Assembly: GCA_963422645.2 (NCBI GenBank)
Contig: CAXXVO010000012.1
Coordinates: forward strand, 64,001 to 128,000
Source of the DNA: Alphaproteobacteria bacterium
GTDB lineage: Bacteria > Pseudomonadota > Alphaproteobacteria > UBA828
Reading direction: 5' to 3'
DNA length: 64,000 nt
Part shown: positions 60,853 to 64,000 of the stretch, one piece after another
How the letters are laid out: each line of letters starts with the position of its first letter
Numbering within the stretch: position 1 is the stretch's first letter
The notes under the pieces: model-generated
Told to the model about the DNA's origin: nothing
The model's input: the letters and a program-made list of their open reading frames with translations, nothing else
Database searches by the model: none
Program-made: the position numbers and the translations under genes

Positions 60853-61643
60853 TGCAGCACCCGTTCCACCTCGGCGATCACTCCGTCAAAATTATCCTTG
60901 GCATCCCGGACCCGGCCCAGCGCCTCGTCGATGGCCGGAAGGGCTTCGCCCCATTCCGGCGGGATCGCCGCTCTGTACTCTGACAGACGATCATCCGATA
61001 TCGCGGACCATAGCGCCGCAAGCGAGGCAAAGTCGAGGCGATGCCGCTTGAGCTCGCTGGCGAAGATGTGTCCGTCGACTTCGCCAAGCCGCCGAAGCGC
61101 GCCGGCTTGCCAGGGAGGTTGCCAGCCTAGCAGTCCCACCGTTCGGGGGAACGCCAACTCGTGATCGATCAGGCGAAGGTCGTTTCCGGATACGAGGCAG
61201 TTCGGGTTTGACGGCCTCCTGTCGGCGTTGTCGATGACGGCGTCGAACACCAGCGCCCCAAGCGCCGCAGGCAGCATGGCATCGGTTACGCGGGTGCCGG
61301 TCGTCCACACACCGAACTGCTTTTCGACACTCTTGGAGCCGAACCCCACAGGAGAGCTATTCTGAAGACGGCTTGCAATGTCGCCATCTTTTAGGGCCGA
61401 AGCCAAATCGGAAGGAATCTCGACAAGATAGGGGGTGGGCACGGGCAAATTCAGGTCAACCGCGAGGCAAGCCGCCACGACTTCCCGAGCCAGATTGACA
61501 ACCCCCTCGAAACAACCTGCCGACAACTTGCAAAAGACCTCGAGCGGCTGATCGGATTCGGCCTCGCACAGCACTATTATTGGTCCAGTCCGTCCAGAAT
61601 ACGCTTGCCGTACCACCTCGTCGGCCGTCACACGGCTGATCAT
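60849..61643 (-). CDS. HipA-like kinase
   Basis: SGRTGP, FCK, REVVA, FDAVIDNADRR..NPNCL, LIDHELAF. Confidence 0.85.
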   Translation of the reverse strand: MISRVTADEVVRQAYSGRTGPIIVLCEAESDQPLEVFCKLSAGCFEGVVNLAREVVAACLAVDLNLPVPTPYLVEIPSDLASALKDGDIASRLQNSSPVGFGSKSVEKQFGVWTTGTRVTDAMLPAALGALVFDAVIDNADRRPSNPNCLVSGNDLRLIDHELAFPRTVGLLGWQPPWQAGALRRLGEVDGHIFASELKRHRLDFASLAALWSAISDDRLSEYRAAIPPEWGEALPAIDEALGRVRDAKDNFDGVIAEVERVLQ

Positions 61644-61781
61644 CCGGCCTCCCCGGCGAATACCTGCCTCAGCAGGGTGTCCGCGCCTTCTGTATCGCCC
61701 GGTTCGGTCTCATCCTGCTTGGTCTCCGGGCGCGCGGAGCCCCGCGGCCATCGTAACGCGGACCTCCGGCGCGAACAGTTT

Positions 61782-64000
61782 CAGACTTCCTGACCTCTGC
61801 TGATTTTAGGTGACACGAGCCGCGCGGATTCCGAGGCCCCGTCGATGTCGTAGACTATGCGCAGACGGGTGCCGGGGAAGACCGTTTCGGTGGCGTTCAG
61901 GTCGCTCAGAACCGCATCGATCCAACGGTCGCAGGCGTCGTTTGCGAGGCCAAGAATGTGGACCCGCAGGAGGCCATTGCCAGGATCCGGCAGGATGTCG
62001 GCATCGGCGGTGAGCAGCGCTTGAAGCAGTTTCCGGGGATGGGGCTTGTGGCCCTGCGCCTGCATGACGGGAAGCATCATGCGGGTTTCGGCGCGGTAGG
62101 CGATCATCCGGATGACGTCGAGGAGGAGGCGCTCGCGCGCGGGCAAGGCATCGAGCTGCTCGGCTTCGTCGAGGTCGCCGGCCCGGCAGTGCTTGGGCGT
62201 CTCCCTGCGGCTGGCCCTGACGATGTCGCGGACATCCTGGAGGTCCCTGACTTCCCTCCTGAGTTCCGCCGTCGGCTGCTTCTTCCGGGCCGTGTCGGCG
62301 ATGCGGTTGCGCAGGCGGCCAAGCTGGCGGTCGAGGCGATGGATTGCCTTGTCATAGGCCCGCCGCAGCGGGTTGACGACCATGGCGGCGGGATCGAGAG
62401 GCTCGAGCTCGTGGGTCGGCAGGGCGTCGAGATTGAACTCGTCACGCATGTACTTGAAGAAGTTCTCCTGCGACCAGCGCGAGAACATGGCGCCCGCAAC
62501 CTCAGCCATCGGCTTGTGCGGATCGGTGGTGATCAGCGGCACCTGACGGCCGTTGTCGAGCAGGCGGCGGATCTGGCGCACCCTGAAGCCGTTCGGCAAC
62601 GTCACCGGCTTCTCAGCCAGCCGCATGGTGGCGCTGCCGTCCGCCGCCGGTCCGTGAATGGGAACGGTCATCGCGCCGAAGTCCTCGGCCGGCCAGTCCT
62701 CGCCCCTGAAGTTCTTGTGCCAGGTCAGGCAGGCGACGCCGCGCCTCGCCAGCCGGCGGAACAGATCCGGGCTCCAGCCCTCGCGGTCGAAGACCAGGGT
62801 GAGCGCCGGCTGGCCGGGATGCTCGGCGGTCAGGTCCGGCGCCCCGGCGCCAACGATCCCAAGCTCCTGCAGCGCCGGCACCACGTCGGCTTCGATGGCC
62901 GCGACCATCTTCGGGTCCAGCGGCTTGTGCAGACAGAGCAGCGGCTTGCCGCCCAGAGCGTTGATCCAGTAGCTGGCGCTCGCCGGCAGGCACAGCTTCT
63001 CGCGCGAGACGAAGTGCTTGGGCAAGCGCCCCTTGCGGCCGGAGTAGACCTTGACGTGCCCGTCGATGGCCAGCGTCGCCCAGAGCTCCGGCTCGTCGGC
63101 CTGCCAGCGCCTGGCAAGGGCGAGCTGCCACGCCCGCACGCCGGCCTCGTCGTCGGCGATGAGAGCGATCTTGCGGCGCAGCGTCTTGACCTCGGGGCAG
63201 CGATCGAGGCCGAGAATGGCGCCCCATTCGCCCGGCGCCTGGTAGCGCAGGCTCTCGGGGTTGCGCACCCGCGCCAAGGTCATGAAGGCCAGGAAGAGCA
63301 GGATCGTAGGCAAGCCGTAATAGCCCTTCGGCAGCAATGGCAGGAGACCGGTCTCGGAGAGAAGACCTTCCTTCAGCAGGGCCGGCAGGGCGGCGAGCAC
63401 GCCGCCGAAGCGGACACCGCGGGCGGCGGCGGCGAACTGCGGTTCGACCGGCCCCGCCTGTCCACAACTGGCCAGAACCCGAGCCGGAACATCGCAAGTC
63501 GCACGCCCCATCGGCGCCTGCCGGTCCCGCCGATCGCGCGCGCTGCGATCCGTTTGCGGCTGCGCTTCCAGCCCCGGCGCCGTCTCCGGCCCCGGGGCAC
63601 CGGTACTCTCTTCATCGACACGGCCTTCAGGAGCCGCACCCGCGTCAGGCGGCGCAGCCAGCGCTGAGCGTCCGGGCTCCCCATCCGCCTCCGTGTTGCC
63701 GATCAGTCCCTGACGGCGCCACTTGTTGACCGATGGCGCTGACACGCCGAGAACCCGGGCCGCCGCAGAGCCGCTCAGGCCCGATGCCAGCAACGCCGTC
63801 GCCTTCTCCGCCAACTCCGGAGTGAACACCGACGGCCCGCGACCGCGCCGGGGCTTCATGAACCCCGCTTCGCCCTCGGCCAGGTAGCGCCGTCGTGCGC
63901 GCTGCACCGTCGCGCGCGAGACAGCGAAAGCGTCAGCCAGTTCCTGCGGCGAGACCGCGCTGATCGCCGCGAGGCGGCCGATCCGCAAGAGCATGGCCGT
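61782..64000 (-). mobile_element. Large DDE IS, copy 3 (runs off the window), open transposase frame
   Basis: Near-identical to copy 2; flank AGTTT. Confidence 0.92.

Overview
GC-rich alphaproteobacterial (Rhodospirillales-like) chromosome segment. The core blocks are: a sugar/nucleoside-type ABC transporter with 4-pyridoxolactonase, small-molecule catabolic genes, fixL-fixJ-fixK, dksA, a two-subunit formate dehydrogenase, the dgt-argS-SPOR-nagZ-protease-scpAB operon, soxYZ-soxE-soxF-yeeE and tRNA-Glu(CTC). Mobile DNA is dense. (i) A 4.9-kb collapsed Mu-like transposable prophage with intact TG..CA ends and a 5-bp target-site duplication (TSD) splits a SulP gene. It carries head genes, a three-gene DDE/ExeA element and a QueC-like fragment. 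(ii) Two single-ORF IS66 elements: one carries a Dam-like methylase passenger and has no TSD, the other contains a nested IS1595. (iii) Three copies of a 2.5-kb IS with a ~786-aa DDE transposase whose stop codon is completed by target DNA. (iv) An island after the tRNA holds REP-like repeats, a GIY-YIG gene framed by inverted REPs and a HipA-like kinase/DUF3037 pair. The least expected signal is three dispersed, prophage-free copies of a DUF3486/Mu gp27-like cassette, each with the palindrome CCGCACCATGGTGCGG 35-36 nt before its ATG. All family assignments come from recognising motifs by eye; no database searches were run.
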